Positions 26,340 through 40,239 are shown, counted from the whole stretch's first letter. The stretch: DNA of 63,857 bases, filler included, from Octopus bimaculoides (GCF_001194135.2; 8 parts of 8 records of this genome joined end to end with filler, not necessarily neighbours in it); one strand, 5' to 3'. Notes: generated from the sequence alone by a model not told the origin. Program-made: numbers and translations.

Positions 26340-27620
26340 CGTCCCTGTTTTTGTCAGTTAGAAACGATTATATATAGCTGTGTATGCTTATGAAGAGATT
26401 TTAAGCTTGAATCCATGAACATTATATGGTCCACTGACTTTTCAATTTGGTATTTACTTCAATATCTGTTTCGCTTTCTCGCCTATAAAATGTATATTCC
26501 TTCCACCCATTTTTTTGCTACTATTTTCCATTTCACTTTAAATTTCGGTTTCCAGTCTGCTTCCCTGTTATGACTGAAAGTTCTTCACTGCTTCTGCATT
26601 TGATAGCCTATGCCTTAATGTTTATTCTCATTTTTAGCTGCTAAACCTTTCTTCCTTCTTCTGAAGAGTTTATTTTAATAATATTATTCTAATATTTGTC
26701 AATTTATCTGGATATAATTGTCTGTGGTAAATGTTCTTTCTTTCGTGGGGTTTTCAGTGTATTTCCTTTCAATAACGTTTTCGTTATTTATTGTTCCAAA
26801 ATCTCTATTAAGGACTTCATTTCCACCACGGGCATTTGCCTCATACTTTTCCTTGGTTGTATACTTGTAGTATATAAGGTCATTTACTTATTTTATATTT
26901 ACAACATAGGCTATTGTTAACAACACGACTAGCTTCTTTATTACTAACTCATTCTCTTTCGATTCCTAGATTAGACTCTGCCATTTAACGGTAAAATTTT
27001 TCTGGTCGAAAAGTTCTAGGTCTGCTACTGGGAGCATGTCTTTCGCTTTTCATATTTTATATATCCTTTTATTGTATCCTATTATACCAGGCTCACTTCT
27101 CTAGTAATTTTCTATCACAGTTTTATTGTTCATTTGTGACAGTCTCTACGTTTTCAAATACTTTTGTTATATGTGGCTGTTGTTGACGATGATGAAGACG
27201 ACGACGGTGATGATGATAACCACGAGGTGGATGATTATGCTGATGATGATGTTTCACTAAATTTTGCGAAACAAGTAGTGATCTAGGATGAAGAGTGTTT
27301 TATATATAAACTTTTGTTTATTCTGCTCGTATGTGATTTTCACTGGCGAATTTCCGAATAATTCTTACTCAACCGAGTAAACATGTTTTATGAACTTCAC
27401 TTCCTCCTAGATCGTTATCATCCCAAGTTGTTTTCATATTTTCCTCTCTGCCCAATAATTCACATCTGTATCAAGACCTTATTAGTATCTTGTTTTCTAT
27501 CCTTCTTTCGGTTTAATTAGAAAAGTTCTACAATTTCATCTTTGGATGGTTTGCATTTCTTTACCGATAATATGTTTATAGATTTTTCTCTGTTCACAAA
27601 ACCAAATGACTTACAAAAAT
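26340..27620 (-). mobile_element. Old APE-type (RTE-like) LINE fossil
   Basis: Minus-strand remnants LPVADLE (cf. PGAD..SDH) and PN*KVSGPYNVHGFKLK (cf. K.PGPD.I), in the expected order. Confidence 0.35.
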
Positions 27621-28299
27621 ATTGCTAAAATCTTATGATACATGAAATTTTTATTTTTATTTTTCATTTCGTTACAATATGAGAAATATTCTCATCTAAA
27701 TAAGCGCATATTCTACATTTGGATGAACAGTCTGCCTACTACATCTTCGAAACTCATTAATCTTCATGCTTCAGCTTTTTTTCGAGATGCGAATGAAAAT
27801 GAACACTTCTCTGCATGGTGAGATGTTTCCTAATATTTTTGCGGATATCTACCAGTTCATATGTCCTCCAGATGTATCTATCCCTCCTTTATCCTACCTT
27901 TTGTCACCAGTACTTATGTAATATCTTCCACTGCGTGTGGACAGTATTACCAACTTTGTGAAGCACGGTCTCTTCTGTAGATTTGAAGATTTTCGCCTAC
28001 GCGTTCCAGTAGAAGCTTTCACAAGTCTTCGGTAATGTAGTTGGAGACGTGCAAACCTAGGTGATACCTGCTAAATCTATTCACGAAAAAACACGATCTC
28101 ATCCGATGCATCGGAGGGCGAAGCTAGAATAAATATAGTTTTGATGGGATGCAGATCATTTTTTTCAGTATATGTCTAATGCATTCAGTATTTTCCTTCA
28201 CACAATGTTTATGATTGTAATTCAACAATGCTATCGATGTCACATGTCACATAAATTGTTTTAAATTGCTATTTAGCAGTACATATTAACCTGAAGGTG

Positions 28300-28680
28300 G
28301 TCAAGGTTCAACAATCTCCAGTCTCTCATATAACCTCAAATGCAATTATGTACATGACGACGATGAGATTGTACTAAACAATGAAAACTAGAGACCTGAC
28401 CTGAGTGGAGACTGGAAAATTGACAACAATTACTGGAGATTGCATGTACTATGATTATTCGGAGAACCCGCTTCTAGTCAACCGATACTTCCAAGCAACA
28501 GTACTGCTCTATCGATTGGTGAGAATAGACATGAAGTGGAATCTAAGGTGAAGGTATGAAAAACTCCTCAAAAAGACACACCTAAAAGATCTAGCATTGA
28601 CCCCTACAAAAAGAGTGTAAAACGTATCGAGAGGACGACGACTACGGCTACAAAATGATATTATAAATCATTGAAATTTT
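28300..28680 (+). mobile_element. Possible CR1-like 3' fossil
   Basis: YEKLLKKTHLKDLALTP..RG..GYKMI loosely resembles SYEERLK.L.L..L..RR.RGD.I..YK. Confidence 0.2.
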
Positions 28681-30463
28681 TAAAATCCGTTCTCAGGAAA
28701 CTGAATAAACCGAACTGTTGCAAAGAATGTACTAAAGAGCTAAAATCAAATAGGACCGGAAAACTAAAGAAACGCAATTGATAAAGTTTTGGTGAGTATA
28801 TAACAGGACATTATCATTAGCCGAAACAAAAACTTGAAGGACTAGGAATATATTTGCCTTCTCTTCCTCAAACGTTTTAAACTTGTACTACATACAAATA
28901 GGCACATACCTGTTTAGTTAATAGTTAATTTTCTAAATAATGAATTCAAGGGTGACATACATTTTGTATATTCAGCGATGGTGAACATATTGTTGCTAAA
29001 TAGGCAGGACAGATTGTATGGTGCCAGTAATATTCGAAATTATCTAAATTTTGACTTGCAAAACATGAATCACTGTGTAAATCCATGAGACATCAAGAGA
29101 AGGCTGCTGACAATTTGAACTCAGGCTCCCTTAAATCAAATCAAATATTACTCTTTTAAGACAGCAGACAGTCTTCCTATTAAAATGTTGTAGGACTGAA
29201 TCGTGTAGGTTCAAACTGCATTAATCTTCATACCGATGTGTACATCATCTCAGGTGCATAAAATCTAGGTCAGATTTGGAGAGCTGAATTCATATTCCTT
29301 TTTTAAATTAGGTCTTTTGGCATAACAAATCAAATTCCTTATTTCCATACGAGCAAACCTATGTGTATTTGAGTTATTTTATTATTTTATTTGTTTTTGA
29401 AATTAAGTCATATCAGCAAATTCGCCTCTTTCCCGACCAAATCCTCATTATCAGCATGCTCCATTGATGCATTAATGCTAGTAATTAGCGTCTCATGAAA
29501 TTCATATTATATTGTAAACATGTTGTCATTCATCAAGGGCGGAGATTTTACAGAATAATTCACAAAGATATCTATATCAGTACTTGCTGTAGCAAATGTG
29601 GTAATGTAAAAGTTAAGCACTCGGTTAGTAGAGTCTGTCAAGCTGATTCCCTTCACGTTTCATTCATTTATACTAATTCGGTATTAGTAAATCCCCACAA
29701 TATCGCAATTTTATATGTCATATAATAATTGATACTTTGTGTCGGGAAGAAAATGTCATATTACATGGAGAATCGTTTGTAAGTCTGGCAAATTGCTTAT
29801 CAGCGTTTCGTCCACCTTCAACTTCTGGGGCTGACATTTCATTTGATCCATTCGGAGTCAGTTAAAAAAGTACCAGCTGGGCAATCAGGTCGACGTAATT
29901 GACTTTCTCTCTCCCTCGATATTGCTGGCCTTGTGCGAAAATTGGAAACCAATATTACACAGACATTACCAGCTGGCAAACAGTGTACAATGAACTAAAT
30001 GTTAAATAACCATCGATTTCCGTAAATTCAAATACCACATGCATTTCCTTTGATTTTGCATTTAATCCATCAAGAGTTATTGTATATGTATATGAATATA
30101 TACATACATATGCATGCATACACATGCACAAACACACACACGCATATTTATATATATATATATATATNNNNNNNNNNNNNNNNNNNNNNNNNNNNNNNNN
30201 NNNNNNNNNNNTTAATTAATTAANNNNNNNNNNNNNNNNNNNNNNNNNNNNNNNNNNNNNNNNNNNNCTCTTCCTATCGAGAGTCCCAGATGAACCTACC
30301 TCGCGGCAGGAGGTGCAAATGAGGGTTGCTAAATCAAACTCCATTCTTCACCAAGTGCCACATATTGTAAGAGGCTCCCTGTAATAACAGTGTAGCAACA
30401 CAGTGGTGCATCAGCATGGCCGCAGCTCTAAGCTGAAACTTAAATATATATATATATATATTT

Positions 30464-30521
30464 ATATAAATTTAAGGAATGGAGTGAACGCATGTTATAA
30501 CTGCATACTTTATTCCGACAT
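30464..30521 (-). mobile_element. Penelope-like terminal fragment (same family as 43672-44120), cut off within the hammerhead 3' half
   Basis: atataaatttaaggaatggagtgaacgcatgttataactgcatacttt-attccgacat is about 85% identical to 43678-43736. Confidence 0.75.
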
Positions 30522-31092
30522 ATGGCCTATAAGACGCACGAGTGCATAGGACGCAGCGTTGCCTAGGCTATATTTTTGTAAAATATATTACCACTGAAAT
30601 AATGTTTTAATTCTTCCACTTACCTGTATAACTGTATGTTATTACCGGTAATCATAAGCAATATATTGCATCCACATTCGATATTAACGTACCGTAGGCG
30701 TTTGTTCACAAATAGATGGCAGCGCACGTTTTGTAAACATACATACCGTAGGCGATCGGCCGTTACAAATATCAGGCAATAAAATATCGATAATAACATA
30801 TATAATGATTATAATATTAGAAATAGTTGTGATGATGACAATATGATGATGATAAATAATGGTAATCTAATGTTTTTTTGTTTTTTTGTTGTTTTTTTTT
30901 AAATAGATTATTCCTATATATCATAGAGTGTTAGGCTAGACTACTAGGCTACATCTACGTGACCTCTGATGTATAATTTCGGCCAACAGTTACGTGTTTT
31001 GAACCTACATTGAGTGCATTGGGCGTAGAGGGATTTATAAAACGATTTGGGGGTAAAAAAACAAGGTGCGTCTTATAGGCCATCAAATACGG
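30522..31092. mobile_element. Tc2/pogo-like MITE, left TIR end missing
   Basis: Right TIR gtgcgtcttataggccatcaaatacgg|TA (31066-31092); left atggcctataagacgcac (30522-30539); CCGTATTT...TATAAGACGCAC is a Tc2-type TIR. Confidence 0.75.
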
Positions 31093-31494
31093 TATATATA
31101 TATANNNNNNNNNNNNNNNNNNNNNNNNNNNNNNNNNNNNNNNNNNNNNNNNNNNNNNNNNNNNNNNNNNNNNNNNNNNNNNNNNNNNNNNNNNNNNNNN
31201 NNNNNNNNNNNNNNNNNNNNNNNNNNNNNNNNNNNNNNNNNNNNNNNNNNNNNNNNNNNNNNNNNNNNNNNNNNNNNNNNNNNNNNNNNNNNNNNNNNNN
31301 NNNNNNNNNNNNNNNNNNNNNNNNNNNNNNNNNNNNNNNNNNNNNNNNNNNNNNNNNNNNNNNNNNNNNNNNNNNNNNNNNNNNNNNNNNNNNNNNNNNN
31401 NNNNNNNNNNNNNNNNNNNNNNNNNNNNNNNNNNNNNNNNNNNNNNNNNNNNNNTATATTTCTACCTTATATGCATGTGTGTGTGAGAGAGAGA

Positions 31495-31620
31495 GACCGA
31501 TAGCATAAGTACTAGGCTTAGAAAGAATAAGTCCTGGGGTCGAATTGTTCGAATAAAGGCGGTGCTCCAGCATGGACACATTCAAATGACTGAATCAAGA
31601 AAAAAGAAAAGCATAAAAGA
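31495..31620 (+). mobile_element. SINE family A tail
   Basis: gagaccgatagcataagtactaggctt...ggtgctccagcatgg matches 48258-48340. Confidence 0.75.
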
Positions 31621-31638
31621 ATACATATAAGAAAATTA

Positions 31639-32346
31639 TAGTCGTCAACTAAACTTCACTAAGTGTGAGAATAACATCTACATTGCTAGAAATAGGAGCT
31701 AAAATGCTCCAATGCTGTTACAAAGTAAATAACATATACTTTCATAGGAGCTGCGATCACCCTGAACACACCGAATCGAGAATTCCTTGGACTGACCTGT
31801 CAGGTTCGGCTATTGCCGTAGCTATCTTTAGTAAGGCCAGCGGATTCGGTTGATTCCGAGCTACCTCATCTATTAGAGTATATATATTCACCATAAAAAT
31901 CTACGGATGATTTGGCAGATCTCTAATGTGTATACAGAAAATTCATAAAAACAGCTGTTTGCAACGTTATTCCGTGATGGAAAATTATAGTCGATGACTA
32001 AACTTGACTTAGGGTGTGAGTAACACCTATAGTGCTAGAAATAGGAGCTAAAATGCTCTAACGCTGTTACAAAGCACATAACTTATATACTCTGATAGGG
32101 ACTGCAATTGCCACGAAAACGGAACCGAGAATTCTTCAGATTGACCGGTCAGTTTCGGTTATTACCGTAGCCATCTTCAGAAAGGCCAGCTCATTCGGTT
32201 GATTCCAGGCATCGGTAGTTCGGGGCCATTGCAGCTCCTAACAGAATATATGCTATGTACTTCGTAACAACATTAGAACATTTTAGCTTCTATTTCTAGC
32301 AATGTAGGTGTTATTCACACTCTTAGTCGAGTTTGGTTGACGACTA
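31639..32346. mobile_element. MITE with ~140-bp TIRs (31988-32346, TA flanks) preceded by a partial direct copy (31639-31858)
   Basis: TA|TAGTCG(T/A)(C/T)..CTAAAC at 31639 and 31988; inverse gtttggttgacgacta|TA ending at 32346. Confidence 0.8.
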
Positions 32347-34059
32347 TAACTTTCCTTTACTGTATAACGAGTGAGCAGACAAGCGATAGAAGGGCACTCA
32401 ACGCATTCACTGGGAATTACATATATGGATCAAAACAGTTTGGAGCAAAAAACTGTTTTGATTCTTATACATCTATATATATATATATATATATNNNNNN
32501 NNNNNNNNNNNNNNNNNNNNNNNNNNNNNNNNNNNNNNNNNNNNNNNNNNNNNNNNNNNNNNNNNNNNNNNNNNNNNNNNNNNNNNNNNNNNNNNNNNNN
32601 NNNNNNNNNNNNNNNNNNNNNNNNNNNNNNNNNNNNNNNNTATGTGTGTGTCCGTATATATTCTGAGGGATGTCTCTAGATATGTACACGCGTGAGTTCT
32701 ACTCTGAGTGCGTTTCTTACGTGTGAATGGTAGAGAAAGTAGTAGTGTGCAACTCTACTGTAAGACGGTACCAGACTAACGGATGCGATGTTGTTTAACC
32801 TAACTTCATACACGTAAGAGGACTGTCACAAGTCAGTAACAGAACTAAAATTACTTTCTTGAGAGGCCTAGTGACATGCACATCTATTTTGATACTTTTA
32901 GTATCATAATAGATGTGTGCCTATCATAATAGATGTCTGCCCTCGCGTTAGATTCCGTATTATAAGTTATTGTAAATTTCATGATGGTGCTCAAAGTAGA
33001 AAACATGTCTACTGCTACGCATAGTATGCCAGATAAAAGCAGAGCAGCAAATAGCACGAAGTTCTGAATACCAATAGCGTTAGATTCTAAAACAAAATTA
33101 CTGAAAAATTCACCAATGGCAAGTGTCCTTAACACACCTTACTAGCATTACTAGCATTAGCAAGAGGTAAAAATAATTTCAAAGGAATTGTCGCATCGTT
33201 ATCATGCAAAATCAAAGTGTAAATGGTCTTATTCTAAGGCAATGTTTGAAAGAATTTATAGAAAATGAAGCCGAAATTGACATGTTAGTACTCAAAATAA
33301 TTTTCGGTGTCAAGCTTAGTATGGTGAACCTAATATATTAAGATATCATCAAAAAGACTATCATATAAATAAATTACGGCGAGGTTGATTCGAAAAGAAA
33401 AAGAAAGTGTAAAAAAGAAAAAATATAAAAAAAAAGATAAATCAACAATGTCTTCAGCTATGTAAATTATTCATTGCAGATAAATGATTCAGCCAGAAAC
33501 TCTTGGTCTTAGCTAGTTTTATAATCAAAGATTCGTGAGCAGGGATATTTAAATGTTTTTTGTTAATTGTAATATAGACGGGTAGAATATGTGTATTAGA
33601 CACATCCTGTAAATAGTAATTTACCACATTAGTACATTTTAGTATGTTTAATACTAACTATAACATTGTGATGAACATGATAAATTTAATTAATCAAGAA
33701 AGCAATACCTATATCGAGGAGAGATATACACTTGTAAGCAATGCTTAGTAACCAAGTAAAAGTATGGGAGAGAGCTCAAAATATAAAAAAAACGATGAAA
33801 TTGTCTTGTTTACGGTCAAATACAGCAACTTCATTTTGACACTAAACATTACAAACATAAAAATATTAATACCATTGTATGAATGATCGTCTAACAGTAC
33901 ATGTTTGGATATTCCCCAGCTGAAGAACCTTAAAATTCTTAGAAACAATATCAGCTTTAAAAAACAACACTGTGTGTTGTAATGGTGAAAAACAGCCTGA
34001 TTCTAAATTATGCAAATAAAAGCCAGGACCATTCTGATACACCACCGATGCTTCGTCTA

Positions 34060-34260
34060 TGTTACAATGCGAAATGTCTTGGTTACTTTGCATTGCAAAT
34101 TACTTTAATCCTCCAAATAATAGTTCGTTTGATGTCATGACATTTGGAAAATACTGGTGGAAAAATAAAAGAAATGCTGCAACAATTTTTCAAATCATGG
34201 TGCCAGCAGCCACCAGTTCGACTTCGGTCATATTCTTTCAGAAGTAACAATGGAGAACAG
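34060..34260 (+). mobile_element. Possible hAT C-terminal dimerisation domain fossil
   Basis: FDVMTFGKYWWKNKRNAATIFQIMVPAATSSTSVIF resembles D.L.WWK........L.VPATS..SER.FS. Confidence 0.3.
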
Positions 34261-35222
34261 AGAGGGAGACGGAAAGGCATAGAGAGTAAAAAGATGAAAA
34301 GCCGAAGAGAGAAGAGCAACATGAAAAGAAAACATTGTTTAGAAAGAAAAAGAGGTGGATTGAAACAAAATTCTACAACTTTAGCGATACGGAGAGATTA
34401 CTATACGTTGTGTGCTGAAGAATCAACTGGGAAATCGATGCTATTTTAGACAACACAAAAGAAAGAATTTTCGATTCCCCCTTACAGTTTCAGAGTATTC
34501 ATTTACAAAATATGGTTTTTCTCTAACCTCATAGCATCCACTATTTGTTAGATACTGAGAATGAGAAAATATTGATTGATGTTTGTAGTGACATTTGGAT
34601 ATATTTCTTGGAAATTTTACAACATTTTACCATTTATAATGACATGTTTGAGGTAGCAGTTATTATGCTTTGGGTTACCAACTTATTGCTGTATGTGTAT
34701 AAATATATTAAAGAAAAACTAGAAGTCAATTGATATTTATATTTCACAATACGTTGTTTCTCTTTATTCCACAAATATATATTTCCCTCTTATTTTCTTT
34801 ACAGTTTAAAACATTTTTTAATCTTGCAAACTAATGTGATATTTTCTACGAAGTCTCTCTAAGTTTAGTCATTCTTCTACATGTGCTTTGAGATGGCACG
34901 TCATTATTATTGGCAACTTGGTTGTCCAGTATAATCGACAAGTGTATTGTAAATTACTTTCTATGTGTTGTACTTATGGGTGTATTTTTATTATTTGTCT
35001 TTAAATGGTTATATTTTTAATAACCTCATTTTTCGTGCTGGCTTTTCGCTCTTATGATTGCTTCCATTTGTTTTTACTACAAGTATTTGTTTTTTTTCCT
35101 ATTATTATTGATTTCCACATTTTTTGTCGCACACGCACACGTACATACACATACACGTATACACACGGACACGTCTACACATATACTCATGCTGACAGAC
35201 AGATACAAACACACGCCTGCAT

Positions 35223-35297
<75 letters not shown>

Positions 35298-35822
35298 AAC
35301 ACATCGCTTTCCGCATNNNNNNNNNNNNNNNNNNNNNNNNNNNNNNNNNNNNNNNNNNNNNNNNNNNNNNNNNNNNNNNNNNNNNNNNNNNNNNNNNNNN
35401 NNNNNNNNNNNNNNNNNNNNNNNNNNNNNNNNNNNCTCTTGAAGCACATCTGCTTTTCCAGTATTACAATTCAGTATGTACTTGTCGTTGTTCTATGGAT
35501 GTGAGGTACATATTAGAGTTGAAAATTCTTCAAATATTGTTTGAAAAGGTATTATTAACAAAATCTTCATCTAGAAAAACTTTTCGTGTTATCTATTTAC
35601 CATTACACATGTTTCATTTCCTAATAGGAATTAAAAAAATTGCTCATGTTGGATAAGCATTTAAGACATTCAGAAATCTTCAGACAGAAGAACGTCTAAT
35701 AGAATATTATCGTATATGTTTATCCATCATGTCCGATTTTGTGATCTCTAATAGGAAATGAAACGTGAAATGGTGAGTAAAAAAATACCAAAAATTTCCC
35801 AAATTCCTGTTATATATGTGTA

Positions 35823-35857
<35 letters not shown>

Positions 35858-36954
35858 AATATTTGTAAGCAAACTCGGATGCGCAAGGAGCCATGTTAGC
35901 GTTGATATGTGGGTTCGATTCTTCTGTGAGTTAGCTCATCATTTGTCAATCAATTGTTTAGAACCTATCGAGCTCCGTGTTGAGGGCTTCACATGCCGTG
36001 ATCCTTCTACTGTTTTACTATATATCTACCCATGCGGAAATGGACAAAACTGCCGTTTATTTTCACTTTTAGACAGCCTAATGGGGTGGCGACGGGGGTG
36101 TGAATCAACTTTGGAGTCTTTCATAAAAAGAATTTGAAATTTTTTTTTTTTTCCCCATCCCTTAATCTCCGTATTTTTCCACGTAGATATTGAAAAAGCA
36201 AATTTCAAAAACATTCAAAAGTCCNNNNNNNNNNAAAGTCCGGTGAAAAAAAAAAAAACAGAGAAAAAGTCGGATAGGTCGGGTGACTGTGCGCCAGATC
36301 TGCCGACAAATTTTCAGATTCTTTACTTCATTTTAAAAAGTGCCTGATCTTATGACTCAAACTAGATCCAAGTACAGTGAATACCATCCTCCACAATTTT
36401 CTACTCATCTGAAGTATATATGTATTTCTACAATTTCTATCAAATACACACTCTCTCTTGAGCATAAAAAACATCCTCCTCCCAGGTGACAATAACTTAT
36501 ATATCAAATTGTTGCACAAGTTCTAGCAGTTTTGATAAGGGAAATCGGAAAGGTTTGAAATGACTTCATTAGTATTTACTTGTACCTAAGAGCACTCTTT
36601 CGATAGACAAAATGCTGACCTCATAAGTGTCGTGTGGTGGAAATAAATGCAATTACTAAACTTTCATTCATAAAACCATTTATTATTTTGTTCTATTTTA
36701 TTTATTTATTTATTTATTTATTTTTGCATTTAAATTTGTTCATTTGTACTCCCGATTGCGTACAAGCACATATGTAAAACGACGCTCTTTATTTTTTTAA
36801 ATCATTATCTGCTGATATCAAAATAAGCAGCATATTGGAAAATAAAAAATATNNNNNNNNNNNNNNNNNNNNNNNNNNNNNNNNNNNNNNNNNNNNTTAA
36901 TTAATTAANNNNNNNNNNNNNNNNNNNNNNNNNNNNNNNNNNNNNNNNNNNNTG

Positions 36955-37062
36955 TGTGTGTGTGTGTCGTCGTTTAACATCTGCTTTCCATGCTAGCATG
37001 GGTTGGACGATTTGACTGAGGACTGGTGAAACCAGATGGCTACACCAGGCTCCAATCTGATA
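36955..37062 (-). mobile_element. RTE LINE 3' tail (5'-truncated)
   Basis: cgtttaacatctgctttccatgctagcatgggttggacg; the same tail is joined to RTE coding sequence at 51860-52460. Confidence 0.8.
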
Positions 37063-37073
37063 TATATATATAG

Positions 37074-37112
<39 letters not shown>

Positions 37113-37234
37113 AGCGATACTCCCATCATTAGACAACATATGAAGGTTCTGCAATTTCTTGCCAAGCAATCACACAGATGATTTGTTTATAGTGATCAAA
37201 TGCTTGAGTTCACATAAACTCACTCACCTCTATC

Positions 37235-37410
37235 AAATTGACATTACCTGTACAGGTGCACTGTGTGTCACATGTCAGATCACAAAATGATCATGGAGCA
37301 ACATGAAATAAAATGTTTTGCTCAAGAGCACAACGCAACACCCAGTATGGGAATCGAAACAATGATCTCACAATCGTGAGTGCAACACCTTAACCACTAA
37401 GCCATGTGTG
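37235..37410 (-). mobile_element. tRNA-headed SINE (family C)
   Basis: Minus head tggcttagtggttaaggtgttgcactcacgattgtgagatcattgtttcgattcc with A/B boxes; similar to 46790-47110. Confidence 0.75.
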
Positions 37411-37556
37411 TGTGTGTGTGTACATGTATGATGATCATCATCATCAGTTAGTGTCCCTGTTCAGTGCTGGCATGAGTTGGACAGGTACTGCATCATGCAC
37501 CAACGTCTTTGCTATACATGCACACTGAAACACTTACACATGCAATGGAGCATGAT

Positions 37557-37636
37557 AGCATTACTCCTCTTCAGTCTCTGCATTCGAGACCCATGTAGCA
37601 TTACTCCTCTTCAGTCTCTGCATTCGAGACCCATGT
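37557..37636. repeat. Perfect 40-bp tandem duplication
   Basis: tagcattactcctcttcagtctctgcattcgagacccatg x2. Confidence 0.95.
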
Positions 37637-37717
37637 CTCACTACCATGTAACACTGTTGTTGGTACACAAGGATCATACTACCTGTCTTTTAAAGAGACC
37701 TTTCGTTACCAACAGAG

Positions 37718-37991
37718 GTAATCATCATCATCATCATCATCATCGTTTAACATCCGCTTTCCATGCTAGCATGAGTTGGACGATTTGACTGAGGACTGAT
37801 GAAACCAGATGACTACACCAGGCTCCAATCTGATCNNNNNNNNNNNNNNNNNNNNNNNNNNNNNNNNNNNNNNGTAATCATCATCATCATCATCATCATC
37901 GTTTAACATCCGCTTTCCATGCTAGCATGAGTTGGACGATTTGACTGAGGACTGATGAAACCAGATGACTACACCAGGCTCCAATCTGATC
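37718..37991 (-). mobile_element. RTE 3' tail present twice across a gap (probable assembly duplication)
   Basis: 37718-37835 is identical to 37874-37991. Confidence 0.8.
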
Positions 37992-38023
37992 TGTAATAAC
38001 TCACTGAAATTTCTGCATCCTGT

Positions 38024-38457
38024 TCTTATTCTTTTTTCATCTTTTCGTTTCAGTTATTAGACTGTGGTCATACTGGGGCACTACCTTGAGGTTTTAACCA
38101 AATTAATCGACCCCAGTACTTCTTTTTTAAGCCTGGTATTTATTCTATCAGTCTCCTTTGCCAAACCACTAAGTTATGAGAATGTAAACACACCAACACT
38201 GGTTGTCAAGCACTGGGGCAGGGACAAGCACAGACAGAAAAACACACACGTAGATACATACACAAACACACACACATATATATATACACACACATGACGG
38301 GCTTCTTTCAGTTTCTGTCAACCAAATCCACTCACAAGGCTTTGGTTGGTCCAAGGTTGTAGTAGAAGACACTTGCCCAAGGTGCCACGCAGTGATACTG
38401 AAGATGGTACCATGCAGTTGGGAAACCAGCTTCTTACAACACAGCCATGCATGTGCC
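38024..38457 (-). mobile_element. SINE family A, near full length, with internal (CA)/(TA) tract
   Basis: Reverse complement of the head-microsatellite-tail layout. Confidence 0.85.
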
Positions 38458-38459
38458 TA

Positions 38460-38800
38460 TTCTCTCAACTATACTTTCAGAACATCCTCCTCCTCTGCTA
38501 ATTAGGTCACCTAGGTTAAGAGAAAGTGTCTACTCCCTCCAGAGTATTTGAGAAAATCTATTTCCCATGCGTTCTTTGTATTCTTTAGCTTTCTCCTGAC
38601 CCCATTGCACCTGTTGCCTGTCCACAGACTGCACTGGGAACACCGCAAGCAACTTCTGCCTATGTTCTTCCTATAAATTGAGGAGGGCCATTTACCTCAA
38701 GTGGAGAGAGTCCTGTCAGTTCTTCTGCTTCTTAAAAGTGTAGGCTTTGCTAACTTTAAAGCCCTTTGGTTCTAGGTTTTGCTTCCAAGCCTGGAATTTC
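38460..38800 (-). mobile_element. RTE RT-domain fragment
   Basis: LEGVDTFS(Y)LGDLISRGGGCSESIVERI matches the RTE LEVVDSFCYLGD.IS.GGG motif. Confidence 0.7.
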
Positions 38801-38859
38801 TTTTAATTATCTTACACATTCCACAATGAAAGTGAAAACATACACATGCACTTCTTATT

Positions 38860-39075
38860 TCTTTATTGCCCACAAGGGGCTAAACATAGAAGGGACAAAC
38901 AAGGACAGACAAAGGGATTACATCAACCCCAGTGTGTAGCTGGTACTTAATTCATTGACCCCAAAAGGATGAAAGGCAAAGTCGACCTCGGCGGAATTTG
39001 AACTCAGAACGTAAAGACAGACAAAATACCCTAAGCATTTCGTCCGGCATGTTAATGTTTCTGCCAGCTCGCCAC
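38860..39075 (-). mobile_element. SINE family B (Meta-domain-like)
   Basis: aaaggatgaaaggcaaagtcgacctcggcggaatttgaactcagaacgt. Confidence 0.85.
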
Positions 39076-39094
39076 TTTTATGCACATACACTTC

Positions 39095-39311
39095 TATCTT
39101 CTTTCACCTTTTGTTTCACTCATTAGACTGCGGCCATGCTGCGGCACTACCTTGAAGAATTTTTAGTCAAAGGAATCAATCCCAGTACTTATTTTTTGTT
39201 AAGCCGGGAACTTATTCTACTAGTCTCTTTTGCTGAACCACTAAGTTACAGGGATATAAACACACCAACACCAGTTATCAAGTGGTGGTGGTGGGGGACA
39301 AAAACAAAAAT

Positions 39312-39364
<53 letters not shown>
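39095..39364 (-). mobile_element. SINE family A tail plus microsatellite running into a gap
   Basis: Matches 38024-38290. Confidence 0.8.
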
Positions 39365-40239
39365 NNNNNNNNNNNNNNNNNNNNNNNNNNNNNNNNNNNN
39401 NNNNNNNNNNNNNNNNNNNNNNNNNNNNNNNNNNNNNNNNNNNNNNNNNNNNNNNNNNNNNNNNNNNNNNNNNNNNNNNNNNNNNNNNNNNNNNNNNNNN
39501 NNNNNNNNNNNNNNNNNNNNNNNNNNNNNNNNNNNNNNNNNNNNNNNNNNNNNNNNNNNNNNNNNNNNNNNNNNNNNNNNNNNNNNNNNNNNNNNNNNNN
39601 NNNNNNNNNNNNNNNNNNNNNNNNNNNNNNNNNNNNNNNNNNNNNNNNNNNNNNNNNNNNNNNNNNNNNNNNNNNNNNNNNNNNNNNNNNNNNNNNNNNN
39701 NNNNNNNNNNNNNNNNNNNNNNNNNNNNNNNNNNNNNNNNNNNNNNNNNNNNNNNNNNNNNNNNNNNNNNNNNNNNNNNNNNNNNNNNNNNNNNNNNNNN
39801 NNNNNNNNNNNNNNNNNNNNNNNNNNNNNNNNNNNNNNNNNNNNNNNNNNNNNNNNNNNNNNNNNNNNNNNNNNNNNNNNNNNNNNNNNNNNNNNNNNNN
39901 NNNNNNNNNNNNNNNNNNNNNNNNNNNNNNNNNNNNNNNNNNNNNNNNNNNNNNNNNNNNNNNNNNNNNNNNNNNNNNNNNNNNNNNNNNNNNNNNNNNN
40001 NNNNNNNNNNNNNNNNNNNNNNNNNNNNNATACTATCTGTAATGACTCCAATGGAAAAAAATGTGTCACTCAAGAAGGACTTTAGTTTGAACAATTTTTA
40101 TGATGTTTCATATTTAGATGCTTTTATTAAATTCATTCAGTTGTCAAACATAAATCTTGGAATTAAACGGTTTTGATTTACTGTCAAGCAAGTTTTGGCC
40201 AAACTTGTATGTATGTATATATATATATCTATATATATG

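Noticed and set aside
37005-37045. CTGAGGA-CTGGT-GAAAC in RTE tails resembling a hammerhead core
   Set aside because: The 5-nt linker cannot form stem II and no stem I or III pairing exists
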